Positions 1-9,255 of a stretch of DNA of 64,000 bases are shown here, piece by piece; the first letter of the stretch is position 1, and the number at the start of each line of letters is the position of its first letter. Position numbers and translations under genes: made by a program. The notes below the pieces were generated by a model. It was not told where the DNA came from. It saw only the letters and a list, made by a program, of their open reading frames with translations, and did no database searches. The stretch is from Chloroflexota bacterium (lineage in GTDB: Bacteria > Chloroflexota > Dehalococcoidia > DSTF01 > RBG-16-68-14): contig JADFKB010000001.1 in assembly GCA_022565155.1 (NCBI GenBank), positions 17,170 through 81,169 of the forward strand. The letters run 5' to 3'.

Positions 1-31
1 GCCTCGTTCCCTATCCTGTTGAAAGAGGTGC

Positions 32-559
32 GTGGTGCCGGTTCAGTACAACGTGTCGATGCTAGTGCAGGAGCCTGTCGGCTCGGTTCGCCGCTATTCG
101 GTGGACGGCGACGTACGCATCGATGGCGAACGCCGGCACGTCCGCGGCGAGGCGACGTTCCTGCGAACGCAAGACGGAGTGCTCGTCACTGCTGAACTAG
201 CAGGCGTAGGGAGCGAGCAGTGTAGCCGCTGCCTGGGAGACGTAACAGTTCCGATTGAGATGACGATCAGCGAAGAGTACATCGCCACCGTCGACGCGAA
301 CACGGGGTCTACGCTGAAGCCGCCCGTCGACCCGGAGGCGTTTCGCATCGACGAGAGGCACACGCTGAACCTGGAAGAGGCGGTGCGGCAGTCGTGGGCG
401 GGTGCGCTGCCGATGCAGCCGCTCTGCCGGCAGGACTGCCAGGGCCTGTGCTTACGATGCGGACAGGACCTGAACGTCGCCGGCTGCTCCTGCCCGCCGG
501 AGACCGACGAACGCTGGAACGCGCTGCAGGCGCTGGCTCAAGAGGTGAAAGGAACGTAG
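32..559 (+). CDS. yceD: YceD/DUF177 23S rRNA accumulation protein
   Basis: CSRCL and LCRQDCQGLCLRCG motifs, DERWNAL tail, directly upstream of rpmF. Confidence 0.88.
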   Translation: MVPVQYNVSMLVQEPVGSVRRYSVDGDVRIDGERRHVRGEATFLRTQDGVLVTAELAGVGSEQCSRCLGDVTVPIEMTISEEYIATVDANTGSTLKPPVDPEAFRIDERHTLNLEEAVRQSWAGALPMQPLCRQDCQGLCLRCGQDLNVAGCSCPPETDERWNALQALAQEVKGT

Positions 560-562
560 CTC

Positions 563-760
563 ATGGCCCCACTACCGAAGCAGAAGACGCCGAAATCGAA
601 ACAGGGCATGCGACGCAGCCACCTCCGCAAGCCCTCCGTGAAGCTGAGCGAGTGCTCGCACTGCCACGGCGTGCGGCTGCCGCACACCGTCTGCCCCACG
701 TGCGGCTACTACAAAGGCCGCGAAGCCGTCGTCATCGGCCAGCCTGAGCTGCCCGAGTAG
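563..760 (+). CDS. rpmF: 50S ribosomal protein L32 (Zn-ribbon type)
   Basis: MAPLPKQKTPKSKQGMRRSH, CSHC...HTVCPTCGYY. Confidence 0.96.
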   Translation: MAPLPKQKTPKSKQGMRRSHLRKPSVKLSECSHCHGVRLPHTVCPTCGYYKGREAVVIGQPELPE

Positions 761-795
761 CGTGCATCAGCGCTCGCTGCCTGGCCTGAACACAC

Positions 796-952
796 ATGGC
801 TGACCAGCGACCGGCCTGGCTGTTCCCCGGCCAGGGCGCCCAGTTCGCCGGTATGGGTCGCGACCTCTTCGAACGTGGCTGACCAACGGCTGGCCTGGCT
901 GTTCCCCGGCCAGGGCGCTCAGTTTACGGGCATGGGCCGCGACCTCTTCGAA
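796..952 (+). repeat. Diverged tandem duplication (79-bp period) of the first 26 fabD codons; copy 1 forms a 28-aa upstream ORF (796-882)
   Basis: 796-873 versus 875-952: 68/78 identical by manual alignment; copy 1 reads MADQRPAWLFPGQGAQFAGMGRDLFERG*. Confidence 0.93.
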
Positions 953-1810
953 GGCTCTAGCGCCGCCCGCCGCGTCTACGAGACTGCTGACGATGTGCTG
1001 GGCTACGCAGTGACGAACGACTGCTTCGAAGGGCCGGAAGCGCACCTGCAGCAGACCGAGTTCGCCCAGCCCGCCCTCTACGTCACCAGCTTCGCCTGCC
1101 TGGAGGCGGCCCGAGAGTTCAACAGCCTGCCGGAACAGCCGCCCGCCTTCTTCGCGGGACACAGCCTGGGCGAGTACACCGCCCTGGCCGCCGCGGGAGC
1201 GGTCGGCTTCGAGGACGGGCTGCGGCTGGTGCAGGAGCGCGGCCGCCTTATGCAACAGGCTGCCGCGCAGCAACCGGGCGCAATGGCCGCGTTGCTCGGT
1301 CTGGACGAAGCCGCCGTCCACGCCATCTGCGAGGAGACGGGCGCAGAGCTCTGCAACCTGAACGCACCCGGCCAGATCGTGATTGGCGGCGGCAGCGATG
1401 CGATCGAGGCGGCGGTGGCCCTGGCACTCGAACGAGGCGCGCGCAGAGGCGTCATGCTGAAGGTGAGCGGCGCGTTCCACACGTCGCACATGGCCCCTGC
1501 CACCGAGGGCATGGCGCGCGCCGTCGCGAACACCACGTTCCGCGATCCGCAAGCGCCGGTCATCGCGAACACGAGCGCCGAGCCGATTACAAACGCGGCC
1601 GAGCTAGCCGGCGAGCTCGTCCAGCAGCTAGACCACGCTGTCCACTGGCAGCGGTCGATGGAGTATATGGTGGCGCAGGGCGTCACCGGCGTCATTGAGT
1701 TCGGGCCGGGGCGCGTGCTCACGGGGCTCGCCAAGCGCATCGAACGGTCGCTGACCGTGCGCAACGTCGGCGACCTGGCGAGCGCGCAGGCTGGAGACGC
1801 AGGAGACTGA
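875..1810 (+). CDS. fabD: Malonyl-CoA:ACP transacylase
   Basis: LFPGQGAQ, GHSLGEY, AFHT motifs; GTG start. Confidence 0.95.
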   Translation: MADQRLAWLFPGQGAQFTGMGRDLFEGSSAARRVYETADDVLGYAVTNDCFEGPEAHLQQTEFAQPALYVTSFACLEAAREFNSLPEQPPAFFAGHSLGEYTALAAAGAVGFEDGLRLVQERGRLMQQAAAQQPGAMAALLGLDEAAVHAICEETGAELCNLNAPGQIVIGGGSDAIEAAVALALERGARRGVMLKVSGAFHTSHMAPATEGMARAVANTTFRDPQAPVIANTSAEPITNAAELAGELVQQLDHAVHWQRSMEYMVAQGVTGVIEFGPGRVLTGLAKRIERSLTVRNVGDLASAQAGDAGD

Positions 1811-1862
1811 TCGCAAGGCCCGCCTTGACCGGACTGGCGCGGCTCCGCATGATGAAGCCGAG

Positions 1863-2606
1863 ATGTTTGACCTCACAGACAAGGTAGCGCTCGTCACCGG
1901 CGGCTCGCGCGGCATCGGCCGTGCGATCGCCCTCGCGCTCGCGGGACAGGGCGCGCAGGTGGCGGTCAACTACGTCACGAATCGCGATGCGGCGGACGAG
2001 GTGGTGCAGCAGATCGGCGAGGGCCGCGCGGTCGCGATCCAGGGCGACGTGGCGGACGCCGGCGACGCCAAGCGGCTCGTCAAAGAGACGATCGAGGCGT
2101 TCGGTTCGCTGCAGATCTTGGTCAACAACGCCGGCCTGACGCAGGACAACCTGATGCTTCGCATGTCGGAGGAGGCGTGGGACCGCGTGATGGCGGTCGA
2201 CCTGCGAGGCGCGTATCTAACCACCAAGGTGGCGCTGCGACCGATGATACGGCAGCGCTGGGGCCGCATCGTCAACATCGCCAGCGTCGCGGGGCTCGTC
2301 GGCAACGCCGGCCAGGCGAACTACGCCGCGGCCAAGGCGGGGCTCATCGGCCTGACGAAGTCCGTGGCGAAAGAGGTCGCCTCGCGCAACATCACGGCGA
2401 ACGCGGTCGCCCCTGGCCTGGTCGAAACAGAGATGACCGCCGATTTGACGGATGAGCAACAGCAAGCCGTCCTCCAGATGACGCCGCTGGGCCGCGCCGC
2501 GACGCCCGAGGAGATCGCGCCGGCCGTCGCGTTCCTCGCCTCGGAAGAAGCAGGCTACATCACCGGCGCCGTCCTCACCATCGATGGCGGTCTGGTGATG
2601 CACTGA
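1863..2606 (+). CDS. fabG: 3-oxoacyl-ACP reductase
   Basis: TGGSRGIG, NNAG, GNAGQANYAAAK; follows fabD. Confidence 0.93.
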   Translation: MFDLTDKVALVTGGSRGIGRAIALALAGQGAQVAVNYVTNRDAADEVVQQIGEGRAVAIQGDVADAGDAKRLVKETIEAFGSLQILVNNAGLTQDNLMLRMSEEAWDRVMAVDLRGAYLTTKVALRPMIRQRWGRIVNIASVAGLVGNAGQANYAAAKAGLIGLTKSVAKEVASRNITANAVAPGLVETEMTADLTDEQQQAVLQMTPLGRAATPEEIAPAVAFLASEEAGYITGAVLTIDGGLVMH

Positions 2607-3052
2607 TGGCGACCGGACAGAGACGTCGCGCCCGCATCGCCGCCTTACAAGCGCTATACGAGGCCGACACATCCGACCATCTGCCGCAGGAGTCGCTCGT
2701 TCGCATCTTGGCCGAGAAGCAGATCGCACAGGCGTCGGCGGACTTCGCGCGCGACCTGATCGAGGGCGTTTTGGCGCAACGAGACGAGATCGACCGGACG
2801 ATCGCGGACGCGGCACCGGCCTGGCCGATCGACCAGTTACCCGCGATCGACCGCAATATCCTGCGGCTTGCTATCAGAGAGATGCTGGGCGATAATGGGA
2901 CGCCAGTGAGCGCCGTGATTAACGAAGCCGTCGAACTCGCCAAGAGCTTCGGCAGTGAGAAGTCGGCGAGCTTCGTGAACGGCGTCCTGGGCACTATTGC
3001 ACGGCAGCAAAACAAAACGCAATCTAACCAACCAACTAAGGGAAGGGGGTGA
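2606..3052 (+). CDS. nusB: Transcription antitermination factor NusB
   Basis: [41 protein letters not shown]. Confidence 0.95.
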   Translation: MATGQRRRARIAALQALYEADTSDHLPQESLVRILAEKQIAQASADFARDLIEGVLAQRDEIDRTIADAAPAWPIDQLPAIDRNILRLAIREMLGDNGTPVSAVINEAVELAKSFGSEKSASFVNGVLGTIARQQNKTQSNQPTKGRG

Positions 3053-3056
3053 CCAG

Positions 3057-3323
3057 GTGGCAACGGTCTTTGAACGGATACGAGGACTCATCGTCGAACA
3101 GCTTGGCGTTGAAGAGAATCAGGTAGTTCCCACCGCGTCGTTCGTGGACGATCTCAACGCCGACTCGCTGGACCTTGTAGAACTGATCATGTCCATGGAG
3201 GAGGAGTTCAGCGAGGGCAGCACGACGATGGAGATCTCTGACGAGGACGCAGAGAAGATCGTGACGGTACAGGACGCCGTCGACTATCTGAAAGATACGG
3301 GAGTCGAGGACGAATCAGCCTAG
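3057..3323 (+). CDS. acpP: Acyl carrier protein
   Basis: [13 protein letters not shown]; GTG start at 3057 after a purine-rich RBS. Confidence 0.95.
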   Translation: MATVFERIRGLIVEQLGVEENQVVPTASFVDDLNADSLDLVELIMSMEEEFSEGSTTMEISDEDAEKIVTVQDAVDYLKDTGVEDESA

Positions 3324-3402
3324 CTCGCCATTCCCCGCGTCGCTGCTAACCACAATGCGGCCGGGCGCGGCGAACTATCTGTAACACCCGCCACCGCACA
3401 AC

Positions 3403-3756
3403 GTGGACCTCTTTGGGATTGGCCTTCCAGAGCTTGTCGTCATCCTCGCGCTCATCCTGATCGTGGTCGGCCCAGCTCGCCTTCCTGAGATGGCCGCCCA
3501 ACTCGCCCGCTTCATCCGCGCCGCCCGCAAGCTCAGCTCCCAGGTCACAAGCGAGTTCAACGAGACGATGTCTGAGTTGGAGCAGGAGTACGACGAGATG
3601 AAGGGCGAGTGGAAAGAGGTGGGCCAGGGGTTGGACGAAACCACCCGCGCCGTTACGGATGAGCTGGAGGCCGCCGACAGGGACGCTCGCAAGGCGCTGG
3701 GTGAGGCGAAGTCTGCGGCAGAAGGGCCCGCCAAACCCGGCTCGAGCCCAAGCTAA
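3403..3756 (+). CDS. tatB: Twin-arginine translocase TatA/TatB subunit
   Basis: FGIGLPEL..TM..GPARLP plus amphipathic helix; adjacent to tatC. Confidence 0.85.
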   Translation: MDLFGIGLPELVVILALILIVVGPARLPEMAAQLARFIRAARKLSSQVTSEFNETMSELEQEYDEMKGEWKEVGQGLDETTRAVTDELEAADRDARKALGEAKSAAEGPAKPGSSPS

Positions 3757-3768
3757 GCCGGCACCCCT

Positions 3769-4584
3769 ATGGCCGCCCAACCCCCCGCCTCACCATCAAC
3801 ACCAGGCGACACCCCGACATCAGACGACACCCCACAACCCGATCAGCAATCGCGCACCGTCACCATCCTGGAGCACCTACAGGAGTTGCGGTACCGCGCC
3901 ATGGTGACGGCGGGGGCTCTCGTTGTCGGCGTGGGCGTATCGCTCTGGCCGCTGACCGGCTGGGTCATCAAGTTTCTTAAGCAGCCGGCTGAGGACAGCA
4001 AGGAGGGGTTCGTTCTCGTCTTCTTCGAGCCGCTGGAGGGCTGGACGACCTACTTCCGCGTCTCGCTCCTGCTCGGCATCGCGATCACGATGCCCGTGCT
4101 GGTCTACCAGCTGCTGGCCTTCGTCAGTCCGGGCCTGACAAAGACCGAACGGCGCTGGGTATACCCGATTGCAATAGGGGCGTCGATCTCCTTCCTGGCC
4201 GGCGTCGCCTTCGCCTACTACATTGAACTGCCGCCGGCGCTCGGATTCTTGCTCAACCCGCCGGAGGGCATCGGCGAGCCGCTGATCAGCGCCAGCAAGT
4301 ACTTCGACTTCGTGACACGACTGCTGCTGATGACCGGGCTCGTGTTCGAGCTGCCGCTGGTGATCATGGGGATGGCGAAGCTGGGCGTCGTCACCTCGTC
4401 TCGGCTCTGGGGTTGGTGGCGCTACGCTATCATCTTCGCGTTCGTGCTGGCGGCGATCGTGACGCCGTCGATCGACCCGATCACGCAATCGCTCGTGGCA
4501 GGACCGATCATTGTCCTCTATTTCGCAGGCATCGGGCTGGCTAAGCTCGTCGAGGGCAACCCGATCCTGCCCGGCCGGACGTGA
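3769..4584 (+). CDS. tatC: Twin-arginine translocase TatC
   Basis: EHLQELR, FVSPGLTKTE, FELP, TPSIDP motifs. Confidence 0.95.
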   Translation: MAAQPPASPSTPGDTPTSDDTPQPDQQSRTVTILEHLQELRYRAMVTAGALVVGVGVSLWPLTGWVIKFLKQPAEDSKEGFVLVFFEPLEGWTTYFRVSLLLGIAITMPVLVYQLLAFVSPGLTKTERRWVYPIAIGASISFLAGVAFAYYIELPPALGFLLNPPEGIGEPLISASKYFDFVTRLLLMTGLVFELPLVIMGMAKLGVVTSSRLWGWWRYAIIFAFVLAAIVTPSIDPITQSLVAGPIIVLYFAGIGLAKLVEGNPILPGRT

Positions 4585-4645
4585 TGCAATTGACCACGAT
4601 CGAGGGCCGTGTTAGGATCGCTGCAAAGATGGCGAGGTTCCAAAC

Positions 4646-5005
4646 CTGACAGCGCATAGAGGTAGATCGGTCGTAACGGGCGTCACCGGCGGCTTCTTCA
4701 GCGGCCTTACGGGAGCGGGCGGCGGCATCGTGATGGTACCGCTCCTGACAACGCTTCTCAGGATGCCGCAGCACCGCGCCCACGGCACATCGCTCGTCAT
4801 CGTCATTTTCGTCGCCACGGCCGGGCTGATCGGCTACTGGCGCACCGACAACGTGGAGTGGAGCCTGGCCATGTGGCTGGCGATCGGCAGCGGACTCGGA
4901 GCTTACGCTGGAGCAGTCGCGATGTCGCAATTGGCACCACAGGCGCTGCGCTTCACGTTTGGACTGTTCCTCGTGTCCGTCGCCATCCGTATGTTCATCA
5001 TCTAG
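4646..5005 (+). CDS. TSUP/TauE-SafE family half-size permease (probable CTG start)
   Basis: Frame is open upstream of 4730 and reads GVTGGFFSGLTGAGGGIVMVP; CTG at 4646 is preceded by GAGGT; AHGTSL motif. Confidence 0.72.
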   Translation: MTAHRGRSVVTGVTGGFFSGLTGAGGGIVMVPLLTTLLRMPQHRAHGTSLVIVIFVATAGLIGYWRTDNVEWSLAMWLAIGSGLGAYAGAVAMSQLAPQALRFTFGLFLVSVAIRMFII

Positions 5006-5009
5006 CGCA

Positions 5010-5411
5010 ATGTGGGAGATCGTGTTCACACTACTAACCGGATTCATCGGCGGCTTCGCCGGCGGGCTGCTCGGTGTCGGCGGCGGTGTCATCTATATCC
5101 CGGCGATGGTGCTGGTGCTGGACGAGCAACAGCACCTGGCGCAAGGGGCGTCGTTGGCCGCGATCATCGCCACGGCGATCGTCGGCGGAACAACGCACTT
5201 CCGGCGCGGCAACGTCGATCTGCCAACGGTGGCCTGGGTCGCGCCAGCGGCGGCGGCAGCGGGCTTCGGCGCCGCCCTGCTGGCCGGCGTGCTGGACGGC
5301 GATACGCTGCGCCGGATCTTCGCCGTCGTCGCGCTCTACTTCGGCGCCACAATGATGTACAGTTCCTGGCGTGAGGGACGAAGCGCGGTAGCTGAGGAGG
5401 AGCCCAGCTAA
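5010..5411 (+). CDS. TSUP/TauE-SafE family half-size permease
   Basis: [21 protein letters not shown] and AQGASL motifs; ATG at 5010. Confidence 0.8.
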   Translation: MWEIVFTLLTGFIGGFAGGLLGVGGGVIYIPAMVLVLDEQQHLAQGASLAAIIATAIVGGTTHFRRGNVDLPTVAWVAPAAAAAGFGAALLAGVLDGDTLRRIFAVVALYFGATMMYSSWREGRSAVAEEEPS

Positions 5412-5412
5412 C

Positions 5413-6027
5413 ATGGCAGAGCAAGCGATCGAACTGGCGAATCTGGCCGAACAGATCTCGGGCTGTCCGAAGTGCGCGCTGGCCAAGACGCGGACGAACG
5501 CCGTGCCGGGATCGGGTAACCCCAACGCCGACATCGTCTTCATCGGCGAAGGGCCGGGCTTCCATGAGGACCAGCAGGGCCTGCCGTTCGTCGGCGCGGC
5601 CGGCAAGTTCCTGGACGAGCTGCTGGCATCGATCAACCTGCGGCGAGAAGATGTCTACATCTGCAACGTGATCAAGTGCCGGGCGCCGGACAACCGCGAC
5701 CCGCTGCCGAACGAGATCGACGCCTGCACGCCCTGGCTCACGCAGCAGCTCGATGTACTGAAGCCACGGATGATCGTCACCCTCGGTCGTTTCTCGATGA
5801 GCCGCTACTTCCCCGGCGCGACGATCGGCCGCATCCACGGGCAGGCTAAACGCATCGACGACGTGCTAGTCGTGCCGATGTACCACCCGGCGGCGGCGCT
5901 GCACCAGGCGAGCCTGCGCCAGACGATCATGGAGGACTTTCAGAAGCTGCCGGACCTGCTGGAGCGGGCCGCCGCCGAAGAGGAACAACCACGAGAACCA
6001 CAACCAACACAACTGCAACTGTTATAG
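5413..6027 (+). CDS. Family-4 uracil-DNA glycosylase (Fe-S)
   Basis: CPKC, GEGPG, PFVG, KCR, HPAA motifs. Confidence 0.92.
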   Translation: MAEQAIELANLAEQISGCPKCALAKTRTNAVPGSGNPNADIVFIGEGPGFHEDQQGLPFVGAAGKFLDELLASINLRREDVYICNVIKCRAPDNRDPLPNEIDACTPWLTQQLDVLKPRMIVTLGRFSMSRYFPGATIGRIHGQAKRIDDVLVVPMYHPAAALHQASLRQTIMEDFQKLPDLLERAAAEEEQPREPQPTQLQLL

Positions 6028-6034
6028 GGAGAGT

Positions 6035-7693
6035 ATGGCTAAGAAGAATAAGCTGCGTGTAATCCCGCTAGGCGGTCTCGGCGAGATCGGCAAGAACATG
6101 ATGCTGCTGGAGTACGGCAACGATATCATCGCCGTCGACGCCGGCCTCATGTTCCCTACACAGGAGATGCTCGGCATCGACCTGGTCATCCCGGATATGG
6201 GCTACGTCCTCGACAGCGGCAAGAAGCTGCGAGCGATCTTTCTCACCCACGGCCACGAAGACCACATCGGCGCGCTGCCCTACATCCTGCACCAGATCCA
6301 GGCACCCGTCTACTGCACACCGCTGACAGCCGGCCTGATCAAGGTGAAGCTGAAGGAAGCGAAGCTGTTGAAGCAAACCGAGATCAATATCCTCAACCCC
6401 GGCGAAAAAGCCCAGGCCGGCCCGTTCGAGATCGAACCGTTCAGCGTCGCCCACAGCGTCCCCGACTCGACGGGGCTCGCCATCCGCACGCCCGTTGGCC
6501 TCGTCATCCACACCGGCGATTTCAAGCTTGACCACACGCCGGTGATGAACCAATCGACGGACCTGACTCGACTGGCCGAGCACGGCAAGGACGGCGTCCT
6601 CCTGCTGCTGGCCGATTCCACGTACGCGGAGATACCTGGCTACACGCCGTCCGAGCAGGTCGTCGGCGAGGCGTTGAATCGTATTATGTCTACTGCAACC
6701 GGCCGCGTTATCGTTACGACCTTCGCTTCCCTGATCGCCCGCGTCCAGCTCGTCATCGACGCCGCCGCCGACCACGGCCGCCGCGTCTTCGTCACGGGCC
6801 GCAGCATGGAATCGAACGTCCAGATGGCGCGCGACCTCGGCTACTTGAACGTGCCGGACGGGATCATGGTTAACCCTCGAGAGCTGGACCGCATCCCGCA
6901 CGAGAAGCTGGCGATCATCACCACGGGTAGCCAGGGCGAGCCGACGTCCGCCCTCACCCGCATGGCGAACCAGGACCACCGCTACATCACGATCGTGCCC
7001 GGCGATACCGTCATCCTCTCCGCCAGCGCCGTGCCGGGCAACGAATCGCTCGTTGACCGCACCATCGATAACCTGTTCCGGCTGGGCGCGCGCGTCCTCT
7101 ACAATCGCATTGCCGACGTCCACGTGCGCGGACACGCCGCCCAGGAGGAGCTGAAGATCGTCCACACGCTGGTGAAGCCGAAGTACTTCGTGCCGATCCA
7201 CGGCGAGTATCGCCACATGGTGCTACACGCGGACCTTGCCAGCTCGCTCGGCATGCCGGACGAGAACATCTTCATCCTGACCGACGGCGACGTGCTCGAA
7301 CTCGACAGGAACGGCGCCCGCGTCAACGGCCACGTGCCGGCCGACTACGTCTACGTGGACGGCCTCGGCGTCGGGGACATCGACCACGTGATCCTGCGCG
7401 ACCGCCACCACCTCGCCAACGACGGCATGGTCGTCGTCATCCTGGCGATAGAGAAGAACACTGGCCGTCTGGTAGGCGAGCCGGAGGTCCTCTCGCGCGG
7501 CTTCGTCGACATCGACGAGTCCGAAGAGCTGCTGAAGCGCACGGTAGACAAGGTGAAAGAGTCGCTGGCAGGGGCGGACCACATCGCCGAGTGGGGCGTG
7601 GTGAACACGATGGTGAAAGACACCGTCGCCAAGTTCCTCTACGATGAGACGCACCGCCGGCCGATGGTGCTGCCGGTGAGCGTAGAGGTGTAG
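6035..7693 (+). CDS. rnj: Ribonuclease J
   Basis: PLGGLGEIGKN, HGHEDHIG, TGSQGEP, PIHGEYR. Confidence 0.96.
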   Translation: MAKKNKLRVIPLGGLGEIGKNMMLLEYGNDIIAVDAGLMFPTQEMLGIDLVIPDMGYVLDSGKKLRAIFLTHGHEDHIGALPYILHQIQAPVYCTPLTAGLIKVKLKEAKLLKQTEINILNPGEKAQAGPFEIEPFSVAHSVPDSTGLAIRTPVGLVIHTGDFKLDHTPVMNQSTDLTRLAEHGKDGVLLLLADSTYAEIPGYTPSEQVVGEALNRIMSTATGRVIVTTFASLIARVQLVIDAAADHGRRVFVTGRSMESNVQMARDLGYLNVPDGIMVNPRELDRIPHEKLAIITTGSQGEPTSALTRMANQDHRYITIVPGDTVILSASAVPGNESLVDRTIDNLFRLGARVLYNRIADVHVRGHAAQEELKIVHTLVKPKYFVPIHGEYRHMVLHADLASSLGMPDENIFILTDGDVLELDRNGARVNGHVPADYVYVDGLGVGDIDHVILRDRHHLANDGMVVVILAIEKNTGRLVGEPEVLSRGFVDIDESEELLKRTVDKVKESLAGADHIAEWGVVNTMVKDTVAKFLYDETHRRPMVLPVSVEV

Positions 7694-7708
7694 GCGGCCT
7701 CCCCCCGC

Positions 7709-7732
7709 TCGAGGTTCGAGGTTCGAGGTTCG
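7709..7732 (+). repeat. Heptamer tandem repeat (GAGGTTC)x3
   Basis: tc gaggttc gaggttc gaggttc g just after the rnj stop. Confidence 0.8.
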
Positions 7733-7734
7733 TC

Positions 7735-7892
7735 GTAGCAGGGGCGTTCAACTAAACGCCCTACGGGGATATGAGCCGCACCGCCGATTGAAATCGGCGG
7801 CATCGAAGATTTGGCGGCGTGCGGCGGACGACATTGCCATACAGGCTCGCAATCTCAGCCCACGTCGTAGGGACAAGGCTTCAGCCTTGTCC
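7735..7892. repeat. Cluster of three REP-like palindromes
   Basis: 7735-7764 (revcomp GTAGGGCGTTTAGTTGAACGCCCC), 7781-7800 CCGCCGATTGAAATCGGCGG, 7867-7892 GTAG-GGACAAGGCT-TC-AGCCTTGTCC. Confidence 0.72.
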
Positions 7893-7948
7893 GTGCCCGC
7901 CTGCGGCGAGCGGGCCAGCGAAGCTGGCAGCTGGGCGGGAGTTAGTGC

Positions 7949-7977
7949 TTGACAATCTCCCGGGCCGCCACTACACT
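7949..7977 (+). promoter_or_regulatory. Sigma70-type promoter of the MBL hydrolase gene
   Basis: TTGACA-17 nt-TACACT. Confidence 0.72.
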
Positions 7978-8101
7978 TGCGCCCTACGGAGAGATGGCGA
8001 ACCCCCTCCACCTGGCTTGGCAATCGGCGCTCTGATCACCTGTCGAGGCCAAGCCGTGCGCCGGTGCGCCGCCGCCACCTCTGACGGCAAGGAGGCCACG
8101 A

Positions 8102-9097
8102 ATGTCGAGTACGTTCTACCGCGTAATGCGCACCCAACCACCGGTGGAGGTCGGCCCTAGCAATACAGTAATCAAGAACATGCGCGGAGACGCCCTGGAG
8201 ATGACGGTGTTCTTCGTCGGCAAGGGCGAGGCGATTCTCCTGCGCCGCCACAACAAGGCCCTCTTGATCGATGCCGGTGTGGGGCGAGGTAGCATTGGCG
8301 TTGCGCTGGGTGAGAAGATCGCTGATTACATTAGGAATCCCGATGATGATCCTAACAGCACTGGGCCAGGCCTTAGCCTAGTCGGCATCATCTCATCACA
8401 CCCCCATGTTGACCACATCAACGCTGCGCCGACGATCCTAGGGATGGTAGGTTCTACAAATCTGAGCCCAACTGCCAAATACTATTACAACGGATTCGAT
8501 GTTGGCGTCAGTCTCAAGCCTGCTCTCGATTCTGCCGTAAATAATGCATTCGGCAATGCGAAGCCCGTCGGTGGGAGCGCCGGCGGAGCGCACACGAACA
8601 ATAGCCCTATCGTTCCGCCTCTGTCCTCCGATGTCACGATCAGGATCGCAGTCGAGCACGACAGTCAGTTCGAGCCGGAACAAAAATATCGCTCGATCTT
8701 CATGAAGCTGCGATTTCGAAAAGCGAAGTTCATTTTCACGGGTGATGCCAATAAGAAATACGAAACGCAGATGCTCAATCTCCTCCCGGAGTCTTCGCAT
8801 AAGCAAGATCTGCTTAAGATCACGCATCACGGCAGCAGTGACGGCACCGGCGATACATTCGTTGAAAAGACCCAGCCCCGTATCTCAGTTGCATCCTCAG
8901 ACGCAGCTTCAAGCCACAGGCTTGAGCAGGACGTACGCGACAGGCTAGCGCCGTATGGCGTGGTGTTTGACACCCATACGGCAGACGGCGACATCATCGT
9001 CCGTACCGACGGAAAGAGGCGGAGGTTAGATGGCAAATACGGCATACTCTACGAGATAGAGGAGTCTAGCCCGGGCAGGGTGATGCCATCTATCTAG
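8102..9097 (+). CDS. ComEC/Rec2-like metallo-beta-lactamase fold hydrolase
   Basis: VGKGEAIL, LIDAG, SHPHVDH, FTGDA, HHGS motifs; GGAGG RBS; visibly lower GC than flanks. Confidence 0.8.
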   Translation: MSSTFYRVMRTQPPVEVGPSNTVIKNMRGDALEMTVFFVGKGEAILLRRHNKALLIDAGVGRGSIGVALGEKIADYIRNPDDDPNSTGPGLSLVGIISSHPHVDHINAAPTILGMVGSTNLSPTAKYYYNGFDVGVSLKPALDSAVNNAFGNAKPVGGSAGGAHTNNSPIVPPLSSDVTIRIAVEHDSQFEPEQKYRSIFMKLRFRKAKFIFTGDANKKYETQMLNLLPESSHKQDLLKITHHGSSDGTGDTFVEKTQPRISVASSDAASSHRLEQDVRDRLAPYGVVFDTHTADGDIIVRTDGKRRRLDGKYGILYEIEESSPGRVMPSI

Positions 9098-9255
9098 GCG
9101 ATATTCAGCAGTACTGAAGTAACTGTGCACCCGCATACGCAATAGCTCCCTACCCTGGTTGACATCACGATCTCGTGCTATACTGCGCAGCGAGCAGCCG
9201 ATACGCTGGGGTGGGCCGTCGGTCGCCAGTCCGTCTGAGGCGGACGAGGTTTGCC

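Noticed and set aside
880-882. Selenocysteine or readthrough at the TGA of the fabD upstream ORF
   Set aside because: Readthrough would be out of frame with fabD and no SECIS-like context is evident
7988-8040. Fluoride riboswitch (GGAGATGG...CTGAT resemblance)
   Set aside because: Spacing and the 3' GATGxCxCC pseudoknot strand do not fit; kept only as an unassigned structured leader
9159-9184. Canonical -35/-10 promoter with a LexA box upstream of ftsK
   Set aside because: TTGACA-TATACT spacing is only 14 nt (an extended -10 is more plausible), and the CACGA-TC-TCGTG palindrome does not match GAAC-N4-GTTC
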